From NCBI RefSeq assembly GCF_032444005.1, contig NC_091287.1:562216001-562280000 (forward strand): 64,000 nucleotides of DNA. Reading direction: 5' to 3'. Below the pieces are notes generated by a model that made no database searches, was not told the origin of the DNA, and worked only from the letters and a program-made list of their open reading frames with translations. This DNA comes from Ranitomeya imitator (taxonomy: Eukaryota). Shown piece by piece: positions 50,275 to 60,990 of the stretch. The position numbers and the translations under genes are program-made. Position 1 is the stretch's first letter. Every line of letters begins with the position of its first letter.

Positions 50275-51313
50275 TGTCACGTACCCGCTCCTCAGCATGT
50301 GACTTGGGGGTTGTGCCTGAAAAGGTTAATCTACCTCCCCTCTCTCGATCCAGCATTCAACCTTTATCCTATGCAGTAATGAGAGCATAAATCACACACC
50401 GACTCAGGCCACACACCCGCTCATATACACTGCCACCACTCACCGAACACATGGGCGATGAGTCCCAGAAATATTACTACTACTGTCTGCCAATCATAAG
50501 GATCACACACTTTAAAGCTATGGATTCTTTAGAGCAGGGGTCCCCAACTCCAGTCCTTAAGGCCCACCAACAGGTCATGTTTTCAGGATTTCCTTTGCAT
50601 TGCACAGGTGATGCAATTATTACCTGGGCAAGACTAAGGAAATCCTGAAAACATGACATGTTGGTGGGCCTTGAGGACTGGAGTTGGGGACCCCTGCTTT
50701 AGAGCATGCAAGGTTTAGACTTATTAAAGTTTTAAGCTTTAATAGAAAAGGTACAGTGCTAACAATAAAAGGTATAGAAATATGGGAATAAAAAGTGACA
50801 TACAAATATGCAAAAACAGTTATCAAGGGAGAAAACTTACAGAGATATCGAACTTTGCGTTCTGATTCTCTGTTCCTGGGGAGGGAGAATTATGGAATGG
50901 ATCATAACAGCTTTCCAGGCTGCCCTCACATGTGAACATCTTGGTGTACAGGCCTAATTTATAGAGTCATCATGGAGGTCAAATTTCTAGACCAGCCTCT
51001 CAGGTTAATATTATAATTGCTGGTGTGTGACTTGACCATGGCCACTCCACCAATGACTATATTATTTTCTTAAACTCTTTGCGTAACATTTCTCATAGAT
51101 AGGTAGTGTCAAGCTGTAATTGACATATCTCTTCAAAAGAGCCAGAAGGTGTGAAACGCTTCCCATTCCTGGTCCTTAGCAAGGCCCCTTGGCGAGATTG
51201 GAGACAAAAAACTGCCTTCTCAGGATAACATATGCTGTGAGACCTGCAGTGTCAGGACAGATGTTTTTATTTACTGCTGGTCATACATTCATACCTATAC
51301 ATATTTCACCACA
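50275..51313 (-). repeat. 3' LTR of the Gmr1-like element
   Basis: Diverged direct repeat of 58387-59269, preceded on the minus strand by the polypurine tract. Confidence 0.88.
50535..50696. mobile_element. 162-bp hAT-type MITE in the 3' LTR
   Basis: TIRs CAGGGGTCCCCAACTCC / GGAGTTGGGGACCCCTG with an 8-bp CTTTAGAG duplication. The empty site is in the 5' LTR near 58638. Confidence 0.92.
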
Positions 51314-51489
51314 CCTCCCTCCTTATGAACATGCATGGTGTTTGACTTACAGGTCAGCTCCCTCGCACGTATCTGGTTCCAACCCACCTTGTTGAGATAG
51401 ACCATCAGCATTGCCATGATCGACTCCCTTATTATGTTGAATTGTGAAATCATATTGCTGTAATATCAAATTTTCCGTTGTCCCCAACT

Positions 51490-51848
51490 ACTCTGTTGAG
51501 CCAACTCAATGAGTTATGATAGAGGTATGGTAGAAGCTTCTGCAGAGCTCACATAATTGCCAAACATTCCTTCTCAATGGTGTCATAAGCCACTTCTCTG
51601 GTCAGGAGTTTCCTGCTTAGGTAGAGAATTGAGTGCTCCTCACCTTGCTGGTTCAGCACCTCCTCTACCTGTTCCCTCATGTGTGCCTTCACCTCTGCTG
51701 ACACACGGTATGCAGACTGCCGTACTGGGGGATTAGTACCAGTGTCCACATGGTGAGCTGCTAAGTGTGTCCTCCCAGGCTCCCCTGTGAAGACTTCGGT
51801 GAACTCGCTGAGCGCCCCCATCAGCTCAGACCTCTGACTGTGGGATAG
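51490..51848 (-). pseudogene. Gypsy RT start fused to an RNase H remnant (RT core deleted)
   Basis: LSHSQRSEL...VFTGEPGRTHLAAHHVDTG...VRQSAYRV jumps to ILYLSRKLLTREVAYDTIEKECLAI. Confidence 0.8.
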
Positions 51849-51950
51849 TAACATAGTTAGTAAGTAAGGCCGAAAAAAAGACATTTGTCCATCCAGTTCA
51901 GCCTATATTCCATCATAATAAATCCCCACATCTACGTCCTTCTACAGAAC

Positions 51951-54728
51951 CTAATTGTATGATAGAATATTGTTCTGCTCCAGGAAGACATCCAGGCCTC
52001 TCTTGAACCCCTCGACTGAGTTCGCCATCACCACCTCCTCAGGCAAGCAATTCCAGATTCTCACTGCTCTAACAGTAAAGAATCCTCTTCTATGTTGGTG
52101 GAAAAACCTTCTCTCCTCCAGACGCAAAGAATGCCCCCTTGTGCTCGTCACCTTCCTTGGTATAAACAGATCCTCAGCGAGATATTTGTATTGTCCCCTT
52201 AAATACTTATACATGGTTATTAGATCGCCCCTCAGTCGTCTTTTTTCTAGACTAAATAATCCTAATTTCGCTAATCTATCTGGGTATTGTAGTTCCCCCA
52301 TCCCCTTTATTAATTTTGTTGCCCTCCTTTGTACTCTCTCTAGTTCCATTATATCCTTCCTGAGCACCGGTGCCCAAAACTGGACACAGTACTCCATGTG
52401 CGGTCTAACTAGGGATTTGTACAGAGGCAGTATAATGCTCTCATCATGTGTATCCAGACCTCTTTTAATGCACCCCATGATCCTGTTTGCCTTGGCAGCT
52501 GCTGCCTGGCACTGGCTGCTCCAGGTAAGTTTATCATTAACTAGGATCCCCAAGTCCTTCTCCCTGTCAGATTTACCCAGTGGTTTCCCATTCAGTGTGT
52601 AATGGTGACATTGATTCCTTCTTCCCATGTGTATAACCTTACATTTATCATTGTTAAACCTCATCTGCCACCTTTCAGCCCAAGTTTCCAATTTATCCAG
52701 ATCCATCTGTAGCAGAATACTATCTTCTCTTGTATTAACTGCTTTACATAGTTTTGTATCATCTGCAAATATCGATATTTTACTGTGTAAACCTTCTACC
52801 AGATCATTAATGAATATGTTGAAGAGAACAGGTCCCAATACTGACCCCTGCGGTACCCCACTGGTCACAGCGACCCAGTTAGAGACTATACCATTTATAA
52901 CCACCCTCTGCTTTCTATCACTAAGCCAGTTACTAACCCATTTACACACAATTTCCCCCAGACCAAGCATTCTCATTTTGTGTACCAACCTCTTGTGCGG
53001 CACGGTATCAAACGCTTTGGAAAAATCGAGATATACCACGTCCAATGACTCACCGTGGTCCAGTCTATAGCTTACCTCTTCATAAAAACTGATTAGATTG
53101 GTTTGACAGGAGCGATTTCTCATAAACCCATGCTGATATGGAGTTAAACAGTTATTCTCATTGAGATAATCCAGAATAACATCCCTCAGAAACCCTTCAA
53201 ATATTTTACCAACAATAGAGGTTAGACTTACTGGCCTATAATTTCCAGGTTCACTTTTAGAGCCCTTTTTGAATATTGGCACCACATTTGCTATGCGCCA
53301 GTCCTGCGGAACAGACCCTGTCGCTATAGAGTCACTAAAAATAAGAAATAATGGTTTATCTATTACATTACTTAGTTCTCTTAGTACTCGTGGGTGTATG
53401 CCATCCGGACCCGGAGATTTATCTATTTTAATCTTATTTAGCCGGTTTCGCACCTCTTCTTGGGTTAGATTGGTGACCCTTAATATAGGGTTTTCATTGT
53501 TTCTTGGGATTTCACCTAGCATTTCATTTTCCACCGTGAATACCGTGAAGAAGAAGGTGTTTAATATGTTAGCTTTTTCCTCGTCATCTACAACCATTCT
53601 TTCCTCACTATTTTTTAAGGGGCCTACATTTTCAGTTTTTATTCTTTTACTATTGATATAGTTGAAGAACAGTTTGGGATTAGTTTTACTCTCCTTAGCA
53701 ATGTGCTTCTCTGTTTCCTTTTTGGCAGCTTTAATTAGTTTTTTAGATAAAGTATTTTTCTCCCTATAGTTTTTTAGAGCTTCAATGGTGCCATCCTGCT
53801 TTAGTAGTGCAAATGCTTTCTTTTTACTGTTAATTGCCTGTCCTACCTCTTTGTTTAGCCACATTGGGTTTTTCCTATTTCTAGTCCTTTTATTCCCACA
53901 AGGTATAAACCGCTTACACTGCCTATTTAGGATGTTCTTAAACATTTCCCATTTATTATCTGTATTATTAGTTCTGAGGATATTGTCCCAGTCTACCAGA
54001 TTAAGGGCATCTCTAAGCTGGTCAAACTTTGCCTTCCTAAAGTTCAGTGTTTTTGTGACTCCCTGACAAGTCCCCCTAGTGAAAGACAGGTGAAACTGTA
54101 CAATATTGTGGTCGCTATTTCCTAGATGCCCGACCACCTGCAGATTTGTTATTCTGTCAGGTCTATTAGATAGTATTAGGTCTAAAAGTGCTGCTCCTCT
54201 GGTTGGATTCTGCACCAATTGTGAAAGATAATTTTTCTTGGTTATTAGCAGAAACCTGTTGCCTTTATGGGTTTCACAGGTTTCTGTTTCCCAGTTAATA
54301 TCCGGGTAGTTAAAGTCCCCCATAACCAGGACCTCATTATGGGTTGAAGCTTCATCTATCTGCTTTAGAAGTAGACTTTCCATGGTTTCTGTTATATTTG
54401 GGGGTTTGTAACAGACCCCAATGAGAATTTTGTTACCATTTTTCCCTCCATGAATTTCGACCCATATGGACTCGACATCCTCATTTCCTTCGCTAATATC
54501 CTCCCTTAAAGTGGACTTTAGACAAGACTTTACATAGAGACAAACCCCTCCTCCTCTCCGATTTTTACGATCCTTTCTAAACAGACTGTAACCCTGTAAG
54601 TTAACTGCCCAGTCATAGCTTTCATCTAACCATGTCTCGGTTATTCCCACTATGTCAAAGTTACCTGTAGATATTTCTGCTTCTAGTTCTTCCATCTTGT
54701 TTGTCAGGCTTCTGGCGTTTGCGAGCAT
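51951..54728 (-). CDS. CR1 ORF2 (AP endonuclease and reverse transcriptase), uninterrupted; start approximate
   Basis: NARSL, GITETWL, GDFNYPDI, SDH, YRPVSLTS, DFSKAFD, GVPQGSVLGP, FADD; no stops. Confidence 0.92.
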   Translation of the reverse strand: MLANARSLTNKMEELEAEISTGNFDIVGITETWLDESYDWAVNLQGYSLFRKDRKNRRGGGVCLYVKSCLKSTLREDISEGNEDVESIWVEIHGGKNGNKILIGVCYKPPNITETMESLLLKQIDEASTHNEVLVMGDFNYPDINWETETCETHKGNRFLLITKKNYLSQLVQNPTRGAALLDLILSNRPDRITNLQVVGHLGNSDHNIVQFHLSFTRGTCQGVTKTLNFRKAKFDQLRDALNLVDWDNILRTNNTDNKWEMFKNILNRQCKRFIPCGNKRTRNRKNPMWLNKEVGQAINSKKKAFALLKQDGTIEALKNYREKNTLSKKLIKAAKKETEKHIAKESKTNPKLFFNYINSKRIKTENVGPLKNSEERMVVDDEEKANILNTFFFTVFTVENEMLGEIPRNNENPILRVTNLTQEEVRNRLNKIKIDKSPGPDGIHPRVLRELSNVIDKPLFLIFSDSIATGSVPQDWRIANVVPIFKKGSKSEPGNYRPVSLTSIVGKIFEGFLRDVILDYLNENNCLTPYQHGFMRNRSCQTNLISFYEEVSYRLDHGESLDVVYLDFSKAFDTVPHKRLVHKMRMLGLGEIVCKWVSNWLSDRKQRVVINGIVSNWVAVTSGVPQGSVLGPVLFNIFINDLVEGLHSKISIFADDTKLCKAVNTREDSILLQMDLDKLETWAERWQMRFNNDKCKVIHMGRRNQCHHYTLNGKPLGKSDREKDLGILVNDKLTWSSQCQAAAAKANRIMGCIKRGLDTHDESIILPLYKSLVRPHMEYCVQFWAPVLRKDIMELERVQRRATKLIKGMGELQYPDRLAKLGLFSLEKRRLRGDLITMYKYLRGQYKYLAEDLFIPRKVTSTRGHSLRLEERRFFHQHRRGFFTVRAVRIWNCLPEEVVMANSVEGFKRGLDVFLEQNNILSYN

Positions 54729-54865
54729 GCAGTTTAGAGGATTTTGTTTTGTTCCAATCTCCTCGCTGTGGATTGTTTTAGAAATGTTCTTACCTCCCTT
54801 CTGAGTATGTTTTCCTGGGTCGTCTTTGTTCGAGTCTAATGTTTTTCTTCCCGTCCCCTCTTCTT

Positions 54866-55526
54866 CTAGTTTAACGCCCTCCAGATGAGTGTAGCGAGTC
54901 TTCTGGCGAATGTGTGTTTCCCAGGTTTGTTGAGGTGTAGTCCGTCTCTGGCGAGGAGTCCATCGTACAAGTAATTCACACCGTGGTCCAGGAATCCGAA
55001 TCCTTGTTGTCTGCACCATCGTCTTAGCCAGTTGTTTGCATCAAGGATTCTGTTCCATCTCCTGGTGCCATGCCCGTCTACTGGAAGGATAGAAGAAAAA
55101 ACTACCTGTGCATCCAGTTCCTTTACTTTCTTCCCCAACTCTTCAAAGTCTTTGCAGATTGTCGGTAGGTCCTTCCTTGCCGTGTCATTGGTGCCAACAT
55201 GTATCAGAAGAAATGGGTGGACGTCCTTGGAGTTGAAGAGCTTTGGTATCCTATCGGTCACATCCTTGATCATCGCACCTGGAAGGCAGCATACTTCTCT
55301 TGCAGTTATGTCCGGTCTGCAGATGGCTGCTTCTGTGCCTCTCAGTAGTGAGTCTCCCACCACCACCACTCTTCGTTGCTTCTTGGCTGTACTTTTTGCT
55401 GTCACTTGTTGCTGTGTGCCCTTTTCTTTTTTGCTTGCTGGTATTGCTTCATCCTTAGGTGTGCCATCTTCATCCTCTACAAAGATTTGATATCGGTTCT
55501 TCAGTTGTGTGGTTGGTGATTTCTCC
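54866..55526 (-). pseudogene. CR1 ORF1 C-terminal SGNH/GDSL esterase domain (N-terminus lost)
   Basis: VVVVGDSLLRG, HVGTND, DGLHLN motifs. Confidence 0.85.
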
Positions 55527-55530
55527 ATAG

Positions 55531-58183
55531 CTCAGGGTTACACTCTGCTGACTCCAGGTATTGAGTCCCGGCCCCCATCTAGTAACAGATGAGCCTCCCC
55601 CTCTTCAGGAAGGCTACAGACAGGTAAGACACAGGCCTCCCTGTCATGATGAGCCTTCAGCATATTCACATGAAATACTTTGACACTTTGCATGCTCATC
55701 TAGTGTCACCACATAATTAACATCATTTAGCCGCTTGTGTACAGTGTATGGTCCCTCCCATGCGGCCTGTAATTCTGTAACATTGGGACCAAAACCCAAA
55801 CCTTCTGCCCCTCCTCATAGGCCCTCAGTCTGTCATTACGGTCGTACCAGACCTGGTTGATTTGGGCCTGGGTCACATTCTCATGGGCCACGTTGCTAAT
55901 TTTTTGCCTTCTTTGAGCCGCAGTACATATTCGACCACCAAGATGCCTGTCGGGTTGGGGTCGCCCTCCCAACAGCTTTCTGTGTATTCCCGGACTTTGC
56001 AATTGTCTGACAAACTACGCAGGATCGACAGTAATTGGCAATATCTGTCCCCATCTTGGGCCAATAGAAGTTATGTGTTAGGCGAGCTTTAGTCTTTTGT
56101 ATTCCAAGGTGTCCGGCAAGAGGAATCTCGTGAGCAATTCTCAATGATTGTTCCCTAAATGGATAAGGGACTATCAGACGCCTTTCATAGTCCCAAGACT
56201 CTGTATACAGAGACTATCCCCACGGATAAGAGTCTGCCCTGGTCCCAGTATACTCTCTCTTTGCCAGAAGCAGCAGGGGGTTGGTCTGCAAGACATCTGA
56301 GCTCCTCCAGACTGGCATCTGTCTCAAGGGCCTCCTGGAAGCTCTGTCAGCCTGCAGGCCCTGGCCTAGTGTGACTGCCAGGCACTGGTCTGAACCTGAG
56401 TCTTCAGTGTCTGTTATCCCGGGACCACAGTATGGGCCTCCTGTTCTGGCAGTTCTGTCTGAGACTCATCCTCTAATCTCTGAGTCGCAGCCCGACTCCG
56501 GGTCACAGTGGCCACATAATTACAGTCCTGTGCATTGGGACATTTTCCCTCCTCGCACGGGATCTCAGGTGGGTCACGTGCTTCCACCTTCTCTGTAGCA
56601 TTTACTTGCAAGGGACGAACATAGTGGGACACTATCCTCCCCAGGTCCATGCCTAGCAACACATTGGTGGGAATAGCCTCTGATACACTTCCTTCAGTCC
56701 CTTCCCTGCTCCCCAGTCCAGGTACACACGGGCCATGGGCACGGCCGGATTGACCCCTCCAATCCCGGTAATAGACATAGTCTTTCCTGATATGATATCG
56801 GCAGGGGTTATCATGGCTGGACGCACCAGGGTCACCTCTGCCCCTGAGACCAATGGTGACTTTCTTGCCAACAGTGACAGATTGACAGTTCTCATTTGCC
56901 CTCGCATCAGAGCCGGCCACAAAGAGGACAGACAGTGGGGACACAGACGGCTTTGAGGTTGTGCGTTTCTCCCTATCAAGACAGCGCTAACATGTCCCAC
57001 TTTGTTGCAGGAGAAGCATCGGCGTCCCATCGCCTAGAAAATGTCTATTCCCCGGGGCCCCATAAAAGGTGGGCTTGGACAGCACTGATGATCGGCCGGC
57101 AGAGGGAGAAGGGTCCCCGTTGGGCTTACCTCCCCTCCAGCTGAATCCCGATGGCTTCCGCACCTCAGGCATCCTATTAGCCACATAGCAGTCCGCAATC
57201 CTTGCAGCCTGATCCACAGATTGTGGCTCCCGATCGCACACAAATTGTCGTACATCCGTGGGGCACATGTGAAGAAATTGATCCTTGACCATAAAATCCA
57301 TTAAGTCCTCAAAACTGTTCACAGAAAGTCCCCTAATCCATTGGTGTAACGTGGTCCTCAAGGTGCTCACAATATCCGCATAACTGTCAATGGATCCACG
57401 TTGTAGGTTCCGGAACTTTCTACGATACACTCCTCGTGTCAGGTTGTATTTCCTAATCAGGGCCTCTTTTATGGCCTCATAGCTCCCATCTAGCTCTGCT
57501 GGGAGGGCAGCAAAAACTTCCAGGGCTTTGCCTCTCAACCCTGGGGTTAGATACTGCGCCCACTGCTCACGGGGTAGATGGTACTGCCTGCAGGTTTTTT
57601 CAAACCCCTGAAGGAAAGCATCTACAGTAAGTCTGTATCCTTCTCCATCACATGGTAGTTTTCCAGACGTGGCCTCCTCGGATTTATGTCCTGGGAGGGG
57701 GTTATCTGAGGACTGATACCCCGCTCTATTTGAGCCATCTGAAGCTGGAAAGCTCTGTCCTCCCGGCGTTCTGCAGCCTCTCGCTCAGCCTGTCCTCCCG
57801 GCGTTCTGCAGCCTCTCTCTCGGCCCGATACCGGCGTTTTGCAGCCTATCAGCCTGTCGGTGCTGTAGAATAAGCTGCATGCGTAGATTGGGATCACTTG
57901 TTCCCAGCCGTTGTAAGTCCATTTGCAAAGTACAGTCTATAGGCTCCTCAGCACTGGCATTGCTGACATTTCCATCAGGTATCTCCGGTGCAAGAGCTGG
58001 CATTGCTGGGTCTCTCTGAGGTGGGCTCTCTCCTTGCCCAGATGTTCCAGCACTTTGCTCTATGTCCTGCTCGACCAAGGCGCATATCAGCCGCTCCCTG
58101 GATCTGTCGGCTGTCTCTATTCCTCTCTGCTCACAGAGGTCGGTCAGAGCCTCTTTGCTCTGGTCCTTGTACTGGGCTGCCAT
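55531..58183 (-). pseudogene. Gypsy gag (SCAN-like, zinc knuckle), protease and partial integrase, frameshifted
   Basis: MAAQYKDQSKEALTDLC..., RGKALEVF...IRKYNLT, CFSCNKVGH, HEIPLAGHLG...CRSCVVCQ, then the integrase C-terminus without the DDE core. Confidence 0.8.
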
Positions 58184-58386
58184 ATCGATGAACAGCCTTC
58201 GCCAAATAAAAGAAAAGCGGGGAAGGGAAACTGTTTGCAAGTATGTCTAAGTAAGCACTGAGTTGAACCTTGAAGAACTGGTGCACTCCTCGCAAGGATA
58301 CCAATTTTTTAGTACAGGGAATAATCGCCTAAACCATGCACTAATGCTCTAATAGAAATAATTCTATCCCACCACTAGCCACCAGT

Positions 58387-59269
58387 TGTCATGTACCCGC
58401 TTCTCAGCACTGACTTAGGCTTGCGCCTGCAAGGGTTAGTCTATCTTCCTCTCTCTCAGTCCAGCATTCAACCTCTGTCCTCTGCTGTAATGGGAGCATA
58501 AATCACACACTGATCCAGGCCACACACTCGCTCATACACGCTGCCACCACTCACAGAACACACGGGCGATGAGTCCAGGAAATATTAATACTACTGTCTG
58601 CCAATCATAAGGATCACGCACGTTAAGGCTATGGATTCTTTAGAGCATACAAGGTTCAGACTTACTAAAGTTTTGATCTTTAAAAGAAAAGGTACAGTGC
58701 TTACAATAAAAGGTATACAAATATGGGATAAAAAGTGACCTACAAATATGCAAAAACAGTGATAAAATAAAGGGATAACATACAGAAATAGCAAACTTTG
58801 CATTCTGATTCTCTGTGCCTGGGGAGGGAAAAATATGGAATGGATCACATCAGCTTTCCAGGCTGTCCCCACATGTGAACATCTTTCTTTGTACAGGCCT
58901 AATTTATAGAGTCAACCTGTAAGTCAAAATTTCTTGACCAGCCTCTCAGGTTAATATTATAATTGCTGGTTTGTGACTTGACCATGGCCTCTCCACCAAT
59001 GAATATATTATTTTCTCTAAACGCTCTTTGTGTAACGTTTCTCATAGATAGATAGTGTCAGGCTGTAATTGACATCTCTCTTCAAAAAAGCCAGAAGTTG
59101 TGAAACATTTCCCCTTCCTGGTTCTTAGCAAGGCCCCCTGGCGAGATTGGAGACAGGAGAATGCATTCTCAGGGTAACATATGCTGTGCTCCCCGTGAGA
59201 CCTACAGTCTCAGGACAGATGTTAATTTACTGCTAGTCAAACATCTATACCTATACATATTTCACTACA
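58387..59269 (-). repeat. 5' LTR of the Gmr1-like element
   Basis: TGTAGTGAAAT...CATGACA on the minus strand, followed by the PBS-like TGGTGGCTAGTGGTGGGAT. Confidence 0.88.
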
Positions 59270-60018
59270 GGCGGTTTTACACCACTCCATCTGACAATCA
59301 GCATTGTGCTTGGTGATGTACGGCTTCATGAAGCCCCTAGCAGGGGTGCAGTGTATGTGCTGAGGATGTCTGGACTCTGTAGTTATGGAGTGAGCAGAGC
59401 AGTGACTTTTCTGCCCTCGGCCCCCTCTTTGTAACGTTACGGGGTCTCCGCTTCGTGGCTGCGGTTTCTTCCACTTCAGTAATATCAGTCACAGGTGATG
59501 GGGGACATTCTGGAGGGAGAAATGTCATGGACGGACCCGGTACCCCCATGGCTCCTATTACAGGACCGTGCTGGTATCAAGGAGCTCTGCCCCACCGGCC
59601 GCTCCGTCACATGGTAGGGGTGGGTATAAATAACAGGGTGACTTTACACACTGCGATGAAAAAAAAAAAAAGAGTTCTATGCTTACAATGTGCTGCTCGC
59701 TGAGGACAATGGGATGGAGCAGAAAACAATGAGGTTTAGTTAATTTTTTTATGCTTTGTGAAAACTGGAAATAATGAGACCCCTTAGGACGAGCAGCTCC
59801 TCTTTTTTTGCACCTCACATGTCAACTTTGGTATACAGACGGGGTCAGAGACATCTTGATATTCAGCTGATATTCTGCTACAATGTCGGCTATGTCTCTG
59901 CTCTGGACCTGGGGAGGAGGGTGTCTGTCCGTGTGATGGTGCTGGCACCTGTGGTTCATTGCGTCTCTGCTGCCGGCAGCTTCATTTCATCACCTGAAGA
60001 TCTCGGCGCCGGCTACAG

Positions 60019-60087
60019 TCACTGCAAATGGCGACTGCTCCTCCGCAGCGCAGACAGGAGGCCGTGCAGCTTCTCACTCACTGCGAC
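60019..60087 (-). CDS. NAPRT: Nicotinate phosphoribosyltransferase, last coding exon
   Basis: ttacag|VAVSEKLHGLLSALRRSSRHLQ*; resembles mammalian VVLSERLQAL. Confidence 0.8.
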   Translation of the reverse strand, partial: VAVSEKLHGLLSALRRSSRHLQ

Positions 60088-60498
60088 CTGTAAACAAGAA
60101 GAGACGAGGCAGCTGAGACATCGACACCTCCACTGTTCTTCATGACGATTCCTGCAGGAAGCCATGTTAAACCCATCCGTAGGTTGTGACTTGTACCCAC
60201 AAGTCATGGCATGTGGCACAACATCACAGCTGTGCAGGGCAGCAAGGGTTAAAGATTAAAGGGATTTTCCAGCCAGGTAGTAACCCAGCGGGGGGTAAGG
60301 GACGAGGACACCATCCTGCAGCCATGTTAGGTGCTCACATCATGGACCTGTCTTCTGGGACCACCACTAGTTCTGATAACTAAGAGGTCTCTTGCTTTTT
60401 CCTTCTTGCTGTAGATTATGGGGGTCCCAGCAGCAGCACCCCCACTAATTCAGATGTGCTGGGGTAAGTAGCGATATGACTCAGTGGTGGTCACTCAC

Positions 60499-60606
60499 CC
60501 GGTACGGCCGTGGCTCGTCCAGCTGTCGCTGCTGGGGATGGAGGCTGCTGAGCGACCTCTGGGCGTAACATCGGATATCAGTGATTGTGGGAAGGGGCTG
60601 CAGGAG
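60499..60606 (-). CDS. NAPRT: NAPRT coding exon
   Basis: tttcag|LLQPLPTITDIRCYAQRSLSSLHPQQRQLDEPRPYR|gtgagt; phase 0/0. Confidence 0.85.
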
Positions 60607-60817
60607 CTGAAATCACAAAACGGCACAAAGCAAAGTGAAAAGCAGCAAACCAGGCACAGACAGAATGATAAGTGGACGCCAAGTGATCGGCGGCAGCGGG
60701 GGTCCGACTGCCGGAATTATCACAGCCAGTGTCCTCCAGCACCCAAACAAGGGGCAGCACATGGGATTGTTAGGGGTGAGCGCTGCACTTCTCACCGTGG
60801 CGCTGCTGTGCTCCTAC

Positions 60818-60975
60818 CTGTGCATGATGGAAGTAGGTGCGATGGAGGGGTTTTGCCCTGATCGGGGTCACACACTCGTTTTCTGTGCTTCTGCCCAGTT
60901 CATAAACTTTCACCTCCTTACCCAATTCTGGCGGAGGCTCATCCTCTAGCGTCATGAGGTCCAGGAGCGGCTGAT
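60818..60975 (-). CDS. NAPRT: NAPRT coding exon
   Basis: cgacag|(D)QPLLDLMTLEDEPPPELGKEVKV...HAQ|gtagga; phase 1/0. Confidence 0.87.
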
Positions 60976-60990
60976 CTGTCGCCAAAATGT

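Larger units (their letters stand above)
51849..55526 (-). mobile_element. CR1 LINE, 5'-truncated within ORF1, inserted in the Gypsy pol
   Basis: 3' ACTATGTT tail and a CTAT duplication (51845-51848, 55527-55530). Removing it restores the Gypsy frame ESAECNPEL|SHSQ. Confidence 0.95.
50275..59269 (-). mobile_element. Internally deleted Gmr1-like Gypsy LTR retrotransposon
   Basis: LTRs 50275-51313 and 58387-59269 (TG...CA). Polypurine tract GGAGGGAGG at 51314-51322 and a tRNA-Leu-like PBS near 58367-58385. Domain order gag-PR-IN-RT-RH. Flanks GACGG/GGCGG may be a 5-bp duplication with one mismatch. Confidence 0.88.

Noticed and set aside
59270-60018. NAPRT polyadenylation signal
   Set aside because: I found no clear AATAAA on the minus strand before the LTR, so none is annotated.
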